Below are positions 49,043 to 58,644 of a DNA stretch of 64,000 nucleotides, in pieces; position 1 is the stretch's first letter; every line of letters starts with the position of its first letter. Below the pieces are notes generated by a model. That model made no database searches. It saw nothing but the letters and a program-made list of their open reading frames with translations, and was not told where the DNA came from. A program made the translations under genes and the position numbers. The DNA comes from an uncultured Gammaproteobacteria bacterium (lineage in GTDB: Bacteria > Patescibacteriota > Patescibacteriia > Magasanikbacterales > UBA922), in contig CAYUTO010000003.1 of assembly GCA_964447765.1 (NCBI GenBank), positions 72,919 through 136,918 on the forward strand. Direction: 5' to 3'.

Positions 49043-50278
49043 TTACTTTTGCCTTTTCTCAATATGTATAAAATGTCCAAACCCAAGACTGTGAATTGTC
49101 CAATCAAATACGATTCGTAATTTTCGAAGGATTCCTGGCATATACAACACATATACTGTTCGTCGTATCCACCATGCAAACCAACCATAAAACTCCATAT
49201 TACCAATTACCGCAATTCCATACCAATCTCCGACTGGCATAAGTTGGCCTTTTGATTTGAATACAAATGGTTTTACTTCTTTTCCTGCAATTCTCCGCGC
49301 AATATCAATCCCTACGAACCTACCTGCTTTATGAGCTACTTCGGCAAGTTGAGGGCACGGTTTTCCAGTAATACCGTCAAGAGTGTAGGCAATATCCCCG
49401 ATTGCATAACATGTTTCATCCCCTTCCATTCGCAAATACTGATCCACCTTAATTCTACCTTTCTCACATTTACTCTCTTCTACAAACTGTGTACCTAAAT
49501 TCATAAATCCGGCTGCCCACACCGTAATATCACTGGTAATTTCCTCGCCCGTTTTCAATATTACTGAGTTTTTAGTGACTTTAGCGACTGAATTATTATA
49601 TACAAATTCTACTCCTAGTTTTTCTAGACGTTTGGTTACATGCGCCTGCATACTTGGTTTCATCGCAGACAAAACTGAACTATTTGGTTCAATCACACGG
49701 ACGGTGATTTTTTTGTGTGGATATAATTTTTTTAAATCACCATTTTTCAGTGTTCCATATTGTCCTGCAATTTCCACCCCCACATATCCTCCCCCAACAA
49801 CCGTAATCACGCACTCGTCAGTTTTGCAATTCTCAAGATTCTCCACCAAGGCGTATTTGAGTGCAAGCGCATCTTTCAAACTTCGCACATGATGGGTAAA
49901 TTCAGTAGTCCCTGGCACGCCATAGAAATTCACTGTGCTTCCCATCGCAACAATGCAATAATCATACGAAATAATACCACTCGTGGTATGGACTTCTTTT
50001 TTTTCATACTGAATATTCTCTACCTTGGCATTGATATAAGTATGAGGAGTATTATGCACCAATTCACGCAGCGGAATTGATGCATGTGTCGATTCAACAG
50101 AACCTGTAGCAACCTCGTGTAACAAAGGAATAAAAGTAAAATAATTATTTTCATCGACTATCGTAATATGACTCCCTAGTCCTTTTCGCTCCAAGCTTCG
50201 ATTCAACGTACGAAATGCTTCGTATCCTCCAATTCCGGCCCCAAGAATTACAATATCTGTTTTTATTTTTTCCATCAT
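49043..50278 (-). CDS. ndh: Type II NADH dehydrogenase / FAD-dependent pyridine nucleotide-disulfide oxidoreductase
   Basis: KTDIVILGAGIGGYEA FAD motif, second Rossmann VTVVGGGYVGVEIAG, and C-terminal membrane-association region. Confidence 0.8.
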   Translation of the reverse strand: MMEKIKTDIVILGAGIGGYEAFRTLNRSLERKGLGSHITIVDENNYFTFIPLLHEVATGSVESTHASIPLRELVHNTPHTYINAKVENIQYEKKEVHTTSGIISYDYCIVAMGSTVNFYGVPGTTEFTHHVRSLKDALALKYALVENLENCKTDECVITVVGGGYVGVEIAGQYGTLKNGDLKKLYPHKKITVRVIEPNSSVLSAMKPSMQAHVTKRLEKLGVEFVYNNSVAKVTKNSVILKTGEEITSDITVWAAGFMNLGTQFVEESKCEKGRIKVDQYLRMEGDETCYAIGDIAYTLDGITGKPCPQLAEVAHKAGRFVGIDIARRIAGKEVKPFVFKSKGQLMPVGDWYGIAVIGNMEFYGWFAWWIRRTVYVLYMPGILRKLRIVFDWTIHSLGFGHFIHIEKRQK

Positions 50279-50402
50279 AGACTATAACTAAATTAAACGT
50301 TTCCTTATTATAGCAGGGCACCCGATAGATTGCCTAGCCTACCAACAGGCAAAAACAAAATTCGCCCATAGTGCAGGCGAATTTTGTTTGTTTTAATCGA
50401 AG

Positions 50403-50885
50403 TTATACCTTGGTTTTCTTTTCTTCTTTACGAGAACAGTCACAACCACCGCCGCAGCATCCATCATCGTCTGTATCACCATGACCTTTTCCGTCAGCTC
50501 CACATCCACATTCTTCATTCTTTCGTCCCATCAGTGCGAATTTACCCGCTCCAATAGTATGTAGAGCTAAAAGCGCACCCAAAAGCACGATTGGAAGTTC
50601 AGTTGCACCTCCATATGGCATCTTGGTGTGTACTGTGAGCAATGCTACCACCATAGTAGCAGCAAGTAGTGCAGTCACAATACGATTAAAGAGTCCTAGT
50701 ATTATTGCAATACCGCCGATAAATTCTACCAACGCTACAAACCATGCAAAGAATAATGGCATTGGAAGTCCAATTCCCTGCATCATCCCTGCAGCTCCGT
50801 CAATTCCACCGATTTTCATCCAGCCGTGATAGATAAATACGATACCCACTGCTAGGCGAAGTGCCACCAGTCCCCAATGTTTCAT
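50403..50885 (-). CDS. DoxX-family membrane protein with Cys/Gly/Asp-rich C-terminal tail
   Basis: Four TM helices (MKHWGLVALRLAVGIVFIYHGW...). Tail CGCGADGKGHGDTDDDGCCGGGCDCS. Confidence 0.65.
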   Translation of the reverse strand: MKHWGLVALRLAVGIVFIYHGWMKIGGIDGAAGMMQGIGLPMPLFFAWFVALVEFIGGIAIILGLFNRIVTALLAATMVVALLTVHTKMPYGGATELPIVLLGALLALHTIGAGKFALMGRKNEECGCGADGKGHGDTDDDGCCGGGCDCSRKEEKKTKV

Positions 50886-51080
50886 TTTTGACTCACCATT
50901 CATACACATACACGATATATTAAAAATAAGTGTAAACACGAGATTAGTGTACACTACTTTTACCTCTTATTCAAGAGATTGAGTAATGCTACAAAACCAG
51001 GTACAATGATTCACGTAACACATACTATAGCAGCGAAGACACAACACACACAACATACCCCTTATTTCCACTCAACCTCT

Positions 51081-52055
51081 ATGTTTATCTTCTTGTACGG
51101 TAAAGATACATTCAGAAGTCGCGAATCACTTCGAAAAATGATTCTGAAATTCAAGACTGATCGTGATCCTTCGGGCTACAACGTAGCTCGTTTTGACGCA
51201 CTCACTGAGAAACCTACTGTAATCCTCACCGAACTCCATGGCTCACCCTTTTTAGCTGAAAAACGAATGGTTATTATTGAATATGCCCTTGAATCAAAGC
51301 ACTCTGAACTTCATGAAAAGTTAGCTGCAGTACTCGAAAATGATGCGGCAATTCCTGCAACGACTATCTGTGTGTTATACGAACGAGTCGACAGCTACAA
51401 GACAAAAGCACAAAAAGAATTGCTCAAAAAACTTTCAGTCTCCAAATATGCCCAACATTTCGACATTCTTGAGGGTGGCGATTTACGAAGATGGATTAGC
51501 GAGCATGCCAAAGAAAGAAATCTAACGATTGAAAATAATGCGCTTGAATTTATCGTACTCCATTCCAAAGGAGATACCTGGTTTATCCATTCACTCATCG
51601 AACAATTGGCTGGATATTGTACAGATAAAGTGTGTACGACTGATACTGTTCGATTATTCCTCAATGAGACAGCTGATGATAACATTTTCAATCTGATTGA
51701 TGCAATCGTTGCCAAAAAACCTGAGAAAGTATATGCGATGATTCGTGAACAGTATGAGCAAGGTCAAGATGCACACTACATTTTTGCCATGATAGTGAGA
51801 CAGTTCCGAATTATGCTTGAACTGAAAGATGCATTACACCTGGCCCCATCCACTCCTCCTGATGTACTTGCAAAAAATATAGGACTTCATCCATTTGTCG
51901 TCAAAAAAACAATCCCTCTTCTTCGATCATACGCTCTCACCGAACTGAAAGCCGTGTACGCAGAATTACTCTCAATGGATATCAAAACAAAAACCGGCAA
52001 GGGGAACTTGCCAGTTATGATCGATATGCTCGTTGGGAAGATTTGTGTACAATAG
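51081..52055 (+). CDS. holA: DNA polymerase III delta subunit
   Basis: MFIFLYGKDTFRSRESL N-terminus typical of HolA, about 325 aa, clamp-loader delta fold pattern. Confidence 0.75.
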   Translation: MFIFLYGKDTFRSRESLRKMILKFKTDRDPSGYNVARFDALTEKPTVILTELHGSPFLAEKRMVIIEYALESKHSELHEKLAAVLENDAAIPATTICVLYERVDSYKTKAQKELLKKLSVSKYAQHFDILEGGDLRRWISEHAKERNLTIENNALEFIVLHSKGDTWFIHSLIEQLAGYCTDKVCTTDTVRLFLNETADDNIFNLIDAIVAKKPEKVYAMIREQYEQGQDAHYIFAMIVRQFRIMLELKDALHLAPSTPPDVLAKNIGLHPFVVKKTIPLLRSYALTELKAVYAELLSMDIKTKTGKGNLPVMIDMLVGKICVQ

Positions 52056-52068
52056 TCACTCTTCGTTA

Positions 52069-53133
52069 TTACACATTTCGTTCTGTTAAAATTTTTTTCA
52101 TCTCTCCACTTAATATCATTTTTGTAACCTCGGCCATCTCTGCAATTGATAATGATTCACCAAACTCGCGCTTCAAGCCTCGAACTTTATTCGCTATTTT
52201 CCATTCTTCTTCACTAAACTGCGATTTTATTTCTTCTATTTGCGCATATTCTACAATACGCTCAACCGAAGCGCCTTTTGTTCCACGCATTTCCAATAAT
52301 ATATCTAGTGTTTTCGATATTTTTGCAGCCTCATCGGATCTCTCGCGCGCTGTTTCAAAATCGACCTTATCCTTATCTTCGAAATTAACTTCAACAAACC
52401 CTGTACTTACCTCTTGTTTACCTTCAACGGGTCTATTCTTATCATCCTGAGCTTTATCCAAAATTCTTTTGAGGATTGATTGGACGTTATCTTCTTTTTT
52501 TACTTTAAGCAATAGACCAAATTCATCACCACTGTAATGGGCTACAATATCATCAGGACGAGGTGCTCCAAATAACGAAATACCAAAAGATCGCAACACC
52601 TTGTCTCCGGTTACATGCCCCAAAACATCATTGATTTTTTTGAATCCATCAAGATCAAGCGCTACAACCGCCAACTTTTCTCCTTCTGTGAGCACTTGCA
52701 TCGTTGTGCCAAAATCTTGACTAATTGCCCGCCTCGTCCGAAGTTCAGGAATGAGACGGTCTTCTTTGTCAGTACTCGCACTATTTTCAATCGCATTCTC
52801 AATCAAATTTTTCAGCATTTCCATTTTTGCCGAATAGAGAGAGCCTTTTGCGTTGGACGTATCATATAGAGGATCTTGAACCTTTTGTTCTGCAATCGCA
52901 CGAAGTCCGCGAACTACTGAACGTTCAAACTGGACTCGGATATTCTCTACAACCTCAGGAGCTAATTTTTTTTCTGCAGATTCCAAAATCTCATGCACTC
53001 GCTCGGGAAGTTCTGCTGAAGGTATCACACTTTCTCCTACAAAAACTTTTGTCTTTCCATCAACCCGCTTTCCACTTCGGGGCTTCTTTTCTGCTGCTTG
53101 TTCTGGAGGTTTTGGTCCACCTTCTCTACTCAT
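52069..53133 (-). CDS. GGDEF-domain protein (diguanylate cyclase-like; active-site motif reads SGDEF)
   Basis: C-terminal GGDEF domain: LAVVALDLDGFKKINDVLGHVTGDKVL ... AHYSGDEFGLLL. Confidence 0.75.
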   Translation of the reverse strand: MSREGGPKPPEQAAEKKPRSGKRVDGKTKVFVGESVIPSAELPERVHEILESAEKKLAPEVVENIRVQFERSVVRGLRAIAEQKVQDPLYDTSNAKGSLYSAKMEMLKNLIENAIENSASTDKEDRLIPELRTRRAISQDFGTTMQVLTEGEKLAVVALDLDGFKKINDVLGHVTGDKVLRSFGISLFGAPRPDDIVAHYSGDEFGLLLKVKKEDNVQSILKRILDKAQDDKNRPVEGKQEVSTGFVEVNFEDKDKVDFETARERSDEAAKISKTLDILLEMRGTKGASVERIVEYAQIEEIKSQFSEEEWKIANKVRGLKREFGESLSIAEMAEVTKMILSGEMKKILTERNV

Positions 53134-53189
53134 ACTAAGTAATTATATAAAAAAATCCCTATACTTTTAGTATAGGGATTATATTTCGT

Positions 53190-53459
53190 TTACGCTTTCT
53201 TTACAAGTTTTGCAGCTTTTGAGGTCATTCGTGAGAGGTATCGTGATGCAGCTCCCTGCTTCAACACACCTTTCTTTACTGCTTTATCAAGTTTCTTTTG
53301 AGCAAGCTTGATTTTGTCACCCATGTCTTTTTCACCTTTTTCAACTGCGGCTCGAGCTTTTTTCAAAGCTTCTTTGTACGCGCGTTTGAAAACGAGGTTT
53401 TCAGCTTCACGCTTCTTTGATTGGCGTAGAGCTTTCTTTGCATTTCTTAAAATTGGCAT
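53190..53459 (-). CDS. rpsT: 30S ribosomal protein S20
   Basis: MPILRNAKKALRQSKKREAEN...; canonical S20. Confidence 0.9.
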   Translation of the reverse strand: MPILRNAKKALRQSKKREAENLVFKRAYKEALKKARAAVEKGEKDMGDKIKLAQKKLDKAVKKGVLKQGAASRYLSRMTSKAAKLVKKA

Positions 53460-53528
53460 AATAAATATCTAATTCTTCGGATTTATAATAAATATGTGAG
53501 AGTATAGCGCAGTATAGCTAAATAAGAG

Positions 53529-54626
53529 CTAACTGTCAAGCTGAGGCTTATCAAGGAGATCAGGCACAATTACCTTCTCACTCGCCCCCGTGATTCGTAC
53601 CACATCCTTATCAATTTTACCAAGCTCTTTATAGGCGGTATTGAAATGGTTTACGGTGGTAGACATACTCAGACCCAATTTCTTCATATACTCATCATAC
53701 GCATTGATATGTTTCCCGAGCATTTCCACATTCTTTCGAATCATCTTTGCCCCTTCTTCAATCTTCAAAGCTCGAAGACCGAAGAGTACAGTCTGGAGAT
53801 AAGCTGAAAAAGTTGTCGGCGAGACTATTACCACCTTCTTTTCATTGAACGCGTAATCAATCAAATTTCTGGTATTTACTTTTACAGCACCCACTTCATT
53901 CACGAGAAGATCATAGTAAATCGCTTCAGATGGAATATACATGAATGCAAATTCCAGCGTTCCCTCATCTGGTTTGATATATTTTGCTGTTTCATCAATT
54001 CGTTTTTTCAAATCATTTTTGAAATCTTTTTCTAGTTGTTCTCGATGTGGTCCCTCTGGTTCATGAATCAATCGTTCATAATTGTCGAGTGAAAACTTGG
54101 CGTCCACCGGAATAATTCCCTCTTTGGTAAATATAGCAACGTCCACAATATCTCCATTATTAAAATGATGCTGAGTTTTGAAATCATTCGGTGACAATAT
54201 ATTTTCAAGAAGTAAATTAAGTCCTACTTCACCCAGATTTCCTCTCTGTTTCTGGTGCTTCAATACTTTTTCAAGGTCGCTTAGCTGTGATGAAAATCCA
54301 ATTACTTGCTGATTCGTCTTATCGAGTGTGGTTAATTTTTCAGTAATGTCTGTAATGATTTTTGAACTCTGTGCAAATTGTGTTTGGAGTGTGTGATGCA
54401 AATTCTGCTGACCTTCACCTACGATTTTATGCGTTTCTGAAATCTTAGTGTCCATTGTTTTCTGCATATCTTGCAGCTGCTGCTGGAACATGAGAAATAT
54501 TGCTTTTTGCTCTTCTGGATTTTCATTTTCTTTTACTGGAGTCGACATCTTCTTATACATCATAAGTATTACTCCGAGCATGGCGAGTAGTAACACACCA
54601 AATACAATCAATAATCCCGTTTGCAT
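53529..54626 (-). CDS. rmuC: DNA recombination protein RmuC
   Basis: N-terminal TM, long coiled-coil, C-terminal RmuC nuclease-like domain (YIKPDEGTLEFAFMYIPSEAIYYDL). Confidence 0.8.
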   Translation of the reverse strand: MQTGLLIVFGVLLLAMLGVILMMYKKMSTPVKENENPEEQKAIFLMFQQQLQDMQKTMDTKISETHKIVGEGQQNLHHTLQTQFAQSSKIITDITEKLTTLDKTNQQVIGFSSQLSDLEKVLKHQKQRGNLGEVGLNLLLENILSPNDFKTQHHFNNGDIVDVAIFTKEGIIPVDAKFSLDNYERLIHEPEGPHREQLEKDFKNDLKKRIDETAKYIKPDEGTLEFAFMYIPSEAIYYDLLVNEVGAVKVNTRNLIDYAFNEKKVVIVSPTTFSAYLQTVLFGLRALKIEEGAKMIRKNVEMLGKHINAYDEYMKKLGLSMSTTVNHFNTAYKELGKIDKDVVRITGASEKVIVPDLLDKPQLDS

Positions 54627-54867
54627 ATATAAAGTATTTTAATCTTCTAATCTTCAATCTTTATTCTTCAGTTATTTCTTCCCTATTTTCCCAAAGAAAA
54701 ACGCGATCAGTGTCGCAGCAATTGATCCGAGGATTAGTATGAGAATTGATAAGAATCCATCCATAGTATTATCCATAATAACACAAACTTTTCTCTCTGT
54801 CATTGTGTCATTCCGAGCGAGTGCACTCGAGTCGAGGAATCCCTTGTTTTGCAATAATATACGGTAA

Positions 54868-54958
54868 AACAAAAAGACACCACAGGTGTGATGTGCTTTT
54901 GGTTTGGGCGGAACTGACAGACACAGTTCCGCAGGGTTGTCCTAAGTTTTACTTCCAC
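54868..54958. repeat. ~90-bp direct repeat copy 1 (hairpin gcggaactg...cagttccgc)
   Basis: aacaaaaagacaccacaggtgtgatgtgcttttggtttgggcggaactgacagacacagttccgcagggttgtcctaagttttacttccacc. Confidence 0.75.
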
Positions 54959-55007
54959 CATGTCTGAGGCAGAAGGAGTATAACCTACTCAAGTATGTGA
55001 AAATGCT

Positions 55008-55886
55008 CTATTTGACTACAGGACCCACTTCTTTGATAAAATCTGGTCCGACGTTACCTTCTATCCCCGCTTTCATTGTGCGCCGGTACCACTCTCTAAA
55101 GTTATTTCGGTAAATTGCGCCCCAGACTTCTATTGTCTGTTGCATCACTCCCGAATCATTCATCCCCGTTTCAGCACTCACCTGTTTTGGGAGTCTTCCT
55201 CTCTTGTATAACACAGCATACAATCTCGCTTGCGCAGCGTAGGCTGTTTCTTCGAATCCTTCTAGGTCTGAGTTGTAGAAGCCCTTCATCTGAGTGCGAT
55301 CTTGTATATTGTTCTTCTGGATGTACTTCAGACAGTCAGAAGCATGCTTCATCTCGTGATAGAAGCCGAGCGCCACGAACTCCGTACTCCCCTGAGAAGG
55401 AGCGGCGACTGCGTACCTATCATTAACGCAGTCATATGCCATTCGCCCAGTCCCACCTATTGGTTCCGAGTAGAATACCCATTGAATCCGACGCGTGCCC
55501 TGCACGTACTCTTTGAGGAGGGCGAAGATCTCTTTGTCATCTTGTGTAGACAAGAATGGATCACCTTCAAACTCGAGAATGACGTCTGCTGAAGCACGCA
55601 GTTGCTGTGGACTTACTGCTGGCAGGTTTTTTACGCTCACGAACTCGTGATCGAGGTCCACGAGTTCAGGAACTTGAGCCCGAACTGCGGTATTGACAGT
55701 CTGGTGTGCCGCCGCCGGTCTGTTCACGACTGATCTCGTATTCCTCTCTTTTGCGAGGAAGAAGATAGCGATACCCCCGAGCACCAGGGCCGAGATTGCC
55801 AGTAGCATACCCGACCAGTTTTTATTCACTGGTTTCTCAGCCATTTTAACTGCTGAGCGAACTTGGTGCTTAGTTTTTTTCGACAT
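55008..55886 (-). CDS. Membrane-anchored putative zinc metallopeptidase (HEMKH motif) in GC-rich islet 4
   Basis: Start at MSKKTKH (GTGAGGT RBS upstream). One TM, then an extracytoplasmic domain with FYHEMKHASD (HExxH). Confidence 0.5.
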   Translation of the reverse strand: MSKKTKHQVRSAVKMAEKPVNKNWSGMLLAISALVLGGIAIFFLAKERNTRSVVNRPAAAHQTVNTAVRAQVPELVDLDHEFVSVKNLPAVSPQQLRASADVILEFEGDPFLSTQDDKEIFALLKEYVQGTRRIQWVFYSEPIGGTGRMAYDCVNDRYAVAAPSQGSTEFVALGFYHEMKHASDCLKYIQKNNIQDRTQMKGFYNSDLEGFEETAYAAQARLYAVLYKRGRLPKQVSAETGMNDSGVMQQTIEVWGAIYRNNFREWYRRTMKAGIEGNVGPDFIKEVGPVVK

Positions 55887-55926
55887 GATTACCTCACTGT
55901 TGCTGGTCCTATAATTAGGACTAAGC

Positions 55927-55955
55927 AAAATACTACAATTTATACGTTTTGTCAA
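55927..55955 (-). promoter_or_regulatory. Promoter (TTGACA-N17-TATTTT) of the metallopeptidase-like gene
   Basis: Minus strand reads caTTGACAaaacgtataaattgtagTATTTTgc. Confidence 0.45.
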
Positions 55956-55971
55956 TGCTACAGGGTATATA

Positions 55972-56059
55972 AAACAAAAAGACACCACGGATGTGATGTG
56001 CTTTTGGTTTGGGCGGAGCTCTCAGGTAGAGCTCCGCAGTTGATGTGAGTTTTACTTCC
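55972..56059. repeat. ~90-bp direct repeat copy 2 (hairpin gcggagctc...gagctccgc, compensatory changes relative to copy 1)
   Basis: aacaaaaagacaccacggatgtgatgtgcttttggtttgggcggagctctcaggtagagctccgcagttgatgtgagttttacttccac. Confidence 0.75.
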
Positions 56060-56376
56060 ACAACCTGAACATAGAAGGGGTCTCAGTAGACCTAGCGCGC
56101 ATATTATTGCGCTTCCAGACCACTACCCTAGGAGTGAGCTTATCACATTCCCTGTACCCACCTAAGGAACAGATACATATGCACCGGGTTGGAAATAGTG
56201 CAGTCCTCACTCTCTTGCATCTTCTGCTGCCCAGGTGCACTGCTCTGCGAAGCACTAATTTGCTCATGGCTCGTAGCCAGTATACCTGCAATGAGCAGAG
56301 GCAGAATAAATATGGACGCTATTATCGCAATGAATTTTTTATCCATTTCCATAGCACCTCAGGTCGGTGGTAAGCT

Positions 56377-56838
56377 TTACCCCCAGAAGCCGAGTCGTTG
56401 CCACCAGTGGGGTGGATACGTCTGGGTCGGTTTGTGTTCACCCGTAAGATCGATCGAGTTCTTAACCTCTACAGCATTCACCCCGTTAATGAGGAAGATG
56501 AAGTTGCACTCTCCCTTACCGAGGTAAGTGGAAAAGGCGATAACTCCACCTTTACTGTATAAATACCCGAACTGATCGACCCCTTTGTTTCCGAATGGTA
56601 ATTCGAGCTCAAATGCGATCAGAGCACTGAACTTCTTTCCACCAGGAACAGAGAGTACGATCGTCTGCATCCCTGGCACCAACTCTTCAGTAGCACTTCC
56701 TAAATAGTGCCACTGGATCTTATTTTTATTGTCGTCAGTGTAGTTCTTCAGAAACTTGAACTTCTTCACGAGTTCCTTCGCGAGGAACACAGTCGTCACG
56801 AGGGCGATGAGAAGGAACAATAGAATGATTGTAAACAT
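56377..56838 (-). CDS. N-terminally anchored hypothetical protein in GC-rich islet 4
   Basis: 153 aa with one TM (IILLFLLIALVTTVFL). Confidence 0.45.
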   Translation of the reverse strand: MFTIILLFLLIALVTTVFLAKELVKKFKFLKNYTDDNKNKIQWHYLGSATEELVPGMQTIVLSVPGGKKFSALIAFELELPFGNKGVDQFGYLYSKGGVIAFSTYLGKGECNFIFLINGVNAVEVKNSIDLTGEHKPTQTYPPHWWQRLGFWG

Positions 56839-56942
56839 GCGACTCTCCAGTGTCCTTGGTTGTAAGGACTAAAAATTATATCACAGAACACCCTCTTTGT
56901 CAAGACTAAATGATGTATGTTTATCTAGATTTAAAACTATCT

Positions 56943-57013
56943 TGTAAATTTATATTTACTAATATATACTATATTTAAGTTATATTATTATCTATTGTAA
57001 ATTTGTATTTACA
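56943..57013 (+). promoter_or_regulatory. Two copies of palindromic operator-like site TGTAAAT-N4-ATTTACA upstream of the TrmB-like regulator
   Basis: tgtaaatttatatttact at 56943-56960 and tgtaaatttgtatttaca at 56996-57013; the second overlaps the start codon region. Confidence 0.45.
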
Positions 57014-57016
57014 ATT

Positions 57017-57760
57017 ATGCAGATTGAAGAGTTGGTAAAAATTGGACTGGCGGAAACTGAAGCAAAGACATATCTTGCTCTTCTTGAACTTGGATCTGGA
57101 ACTGTAACTTCTATCACCCACCGGGCTAGTATCACTCGAACACTCGGGTACCATTCACTTGATCAATTAATCGCATTTGATTTGGTTGAACAAAAAAAGA
57201 ATTCACAACCCGCAGAGTTTCACGTGAAACATCCGCGAAAATTAATCGAGTATGCGGAGAGGCAAAAAACCATGTGGAGTAATCGTATCAATGATGCAGA
57301 AAATCTCTTGCCAAAACTTGAGTCGTCCTATACAATGCTCGGGCGCCCATTTCTTTCAAACCGTGTAGGAGAAGAAGCTGTATTAGATTTGTATAGAATA
57401 CTGTATACAAATAAAAACACACTTATTTCTCTCCTTTGCCCTACGATTCTAGGACGTGACACACTCATAGCTTTCTTTGAAGCCAAATCTCAGTCTGAGA
57501 ATCCTTCAAATATCTGCTGTATCTTTGACACTCCAGAAAATAGACAAGCTCTTGAAGGTCTTTCGGGGGTATCCACTATTCAATGGATTATTCCCTCAAA
57601 AGTACATACAGCTGTATACAAATCGGCTGAAATTATCGTTTCAGAAGACACCATATACACTATTAACAATAAAGAAGGCGAGTTGTGTGCTGATAGTATC
57701 ACCCATGAAGCCACTGTAAGTTCTATGTACACACTACTGTATACATTAATCCAGAAATAG
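57017..57760 (+). CDS. TrmB-family HTH transcriptional regulator
   Basis: N-terminal wHTH LGLAETEAKTYLALLELGSGTVTSITHRASITRT typical of TrmB-like regulators. Confidence 0.65.
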   Translation: MQIEELVKIGLAETEAKTYLALLELGSGTVTSITHRASITRTLGYHSLDQLIAFDLVEQKKNSQPAEFHVKHPRKLIEYAERQKTMWSNRINDAENLLPKLESSYTMLGRPFLSNRVGEEAVLDLYRILYTNKNTLISLLCPTILGRDTLIAFFEAKSQSENPSNICCIFDTPENRQALEGLSGVSTIQWIIPSKVHTAVYKSAEIIVSEDTIYTINNKEGELCADSITHEATVSSMYTLLYTLIQK

Positions 57761-57812
57761 ACCTCTTTTAACCTTGTTTCACATGAAACATATTCCAGAA
57801 TAATTTTAACAC

Positions 57813-57884
57813 GCTCCTATAGTTCAATGGATAGAACAAGACACTCCTAACGTCTAGATCCGCGTTCGATTCGCGGTGGGGGCA
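57813..57884 (+). tRNA. tRNA-Arg (anticodon CCT)
   Basis: Acceptor gctccta/tgggggc. Same D-arm as the Arg-TCT tRNA. Anticodon loop ctCCTaa. T-arm ccgcg-ttcgatt-cgcgg. Confidence 0.75.
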
Positions 57885-58335
57885 CAAATTAGAAAATTCT
57901 TTGAGTACACCATCCTCTCGACACACACTTGCAGAAACCAAGGTCGGGGATAGCCCTAATAACTAGCAATACACGCGGCATACACAAACCGTGTTTTTGT
58001 TACACACCTAATCAATTTTTGAGGTAGATTTAATAATTCATCTCTATACATAATTAAAGATAGAACCTAATCCATTTTTTTTATTTGTTTAATATAAAAT
58101 ACCGACAGCACCCCTAGGAAGAAAGTTGAGCACATACACTACAAAGCCTCACATATTTAATTAAATTGTGTTTAATTTGCTTAATGTAAATAATATTAAG
58201 TGTCGTACAATATAATTATTTACATATTAAACATGCGTATGCCCCAAAATTTTATATTACTAACCCCTTATACCTTGTTTTTTTGAAAAAACCTGTTATA
58301 CTTTTTCCAGTTTCTGTTCCAACACCTAGCCAAGG

Positions 58336-58644
58336 ATGTGTGTCATGCTTCAGTTCTTTGTCTCCTTAGTACTCATTTACCTGGCAACCGAGTTCGCTCG
58401 ATACATTATCGAGCAGACGAAAGCTCTCGGAGAGCTGGACAACACTCAGGATGCCATCAGCGTCACTCCTCCCGCTAACCGCGACATGATAAACTGGTTC
58501 TACTCCTCGTCGGACGAAGAACCACCTACCAAACAGAGGTTACATCCACCACGAACGAAGAAGGGCTCAATACGCCCTCATCGACGTGCACGTATGCGAC
58601 GACCCCCTTGCATACGCAGCGGACCTAACACCGCACGCCTCTGA
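58336..58644 (+). CDS. Hypothetical protein in GC-rich islet 5 (TM N-terminus, basic P/R-rich tail)
   Basis: 102 aa. Followed by a long hairpin ccgtcctaagtctgttcg...cgaacagacttaggacg. Confidence 0.35.
   Translation: MCVMLQFFVSLVLIYLATEFARYIIEQTKALGELDNTQDAISVTPPANRDMINWFYSSSDEEPPTKQRLHPPRTKKGSIRPHRRARMRRPPCIRSGPNTARL

Noticed and set aside
54672-54872. 66 aa ORF between rmuC and the 90-bp repeat
   Set aside because: It is mostly occupied by repeat and hairpin sequence, and only the last ~30 residues are hydrophobic. It may be a tiny membrane peptide but there is not enough support to call it.
55887-55988. N-terminal extension (MVSFCFIYPVALTK...) of the metallopeptidase-like ORF
   Set aside because: It would overlap the TTGACA-N17 promoter. 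A good RBS precedes the internal MSKKTKH start, so the internal start is preferred.
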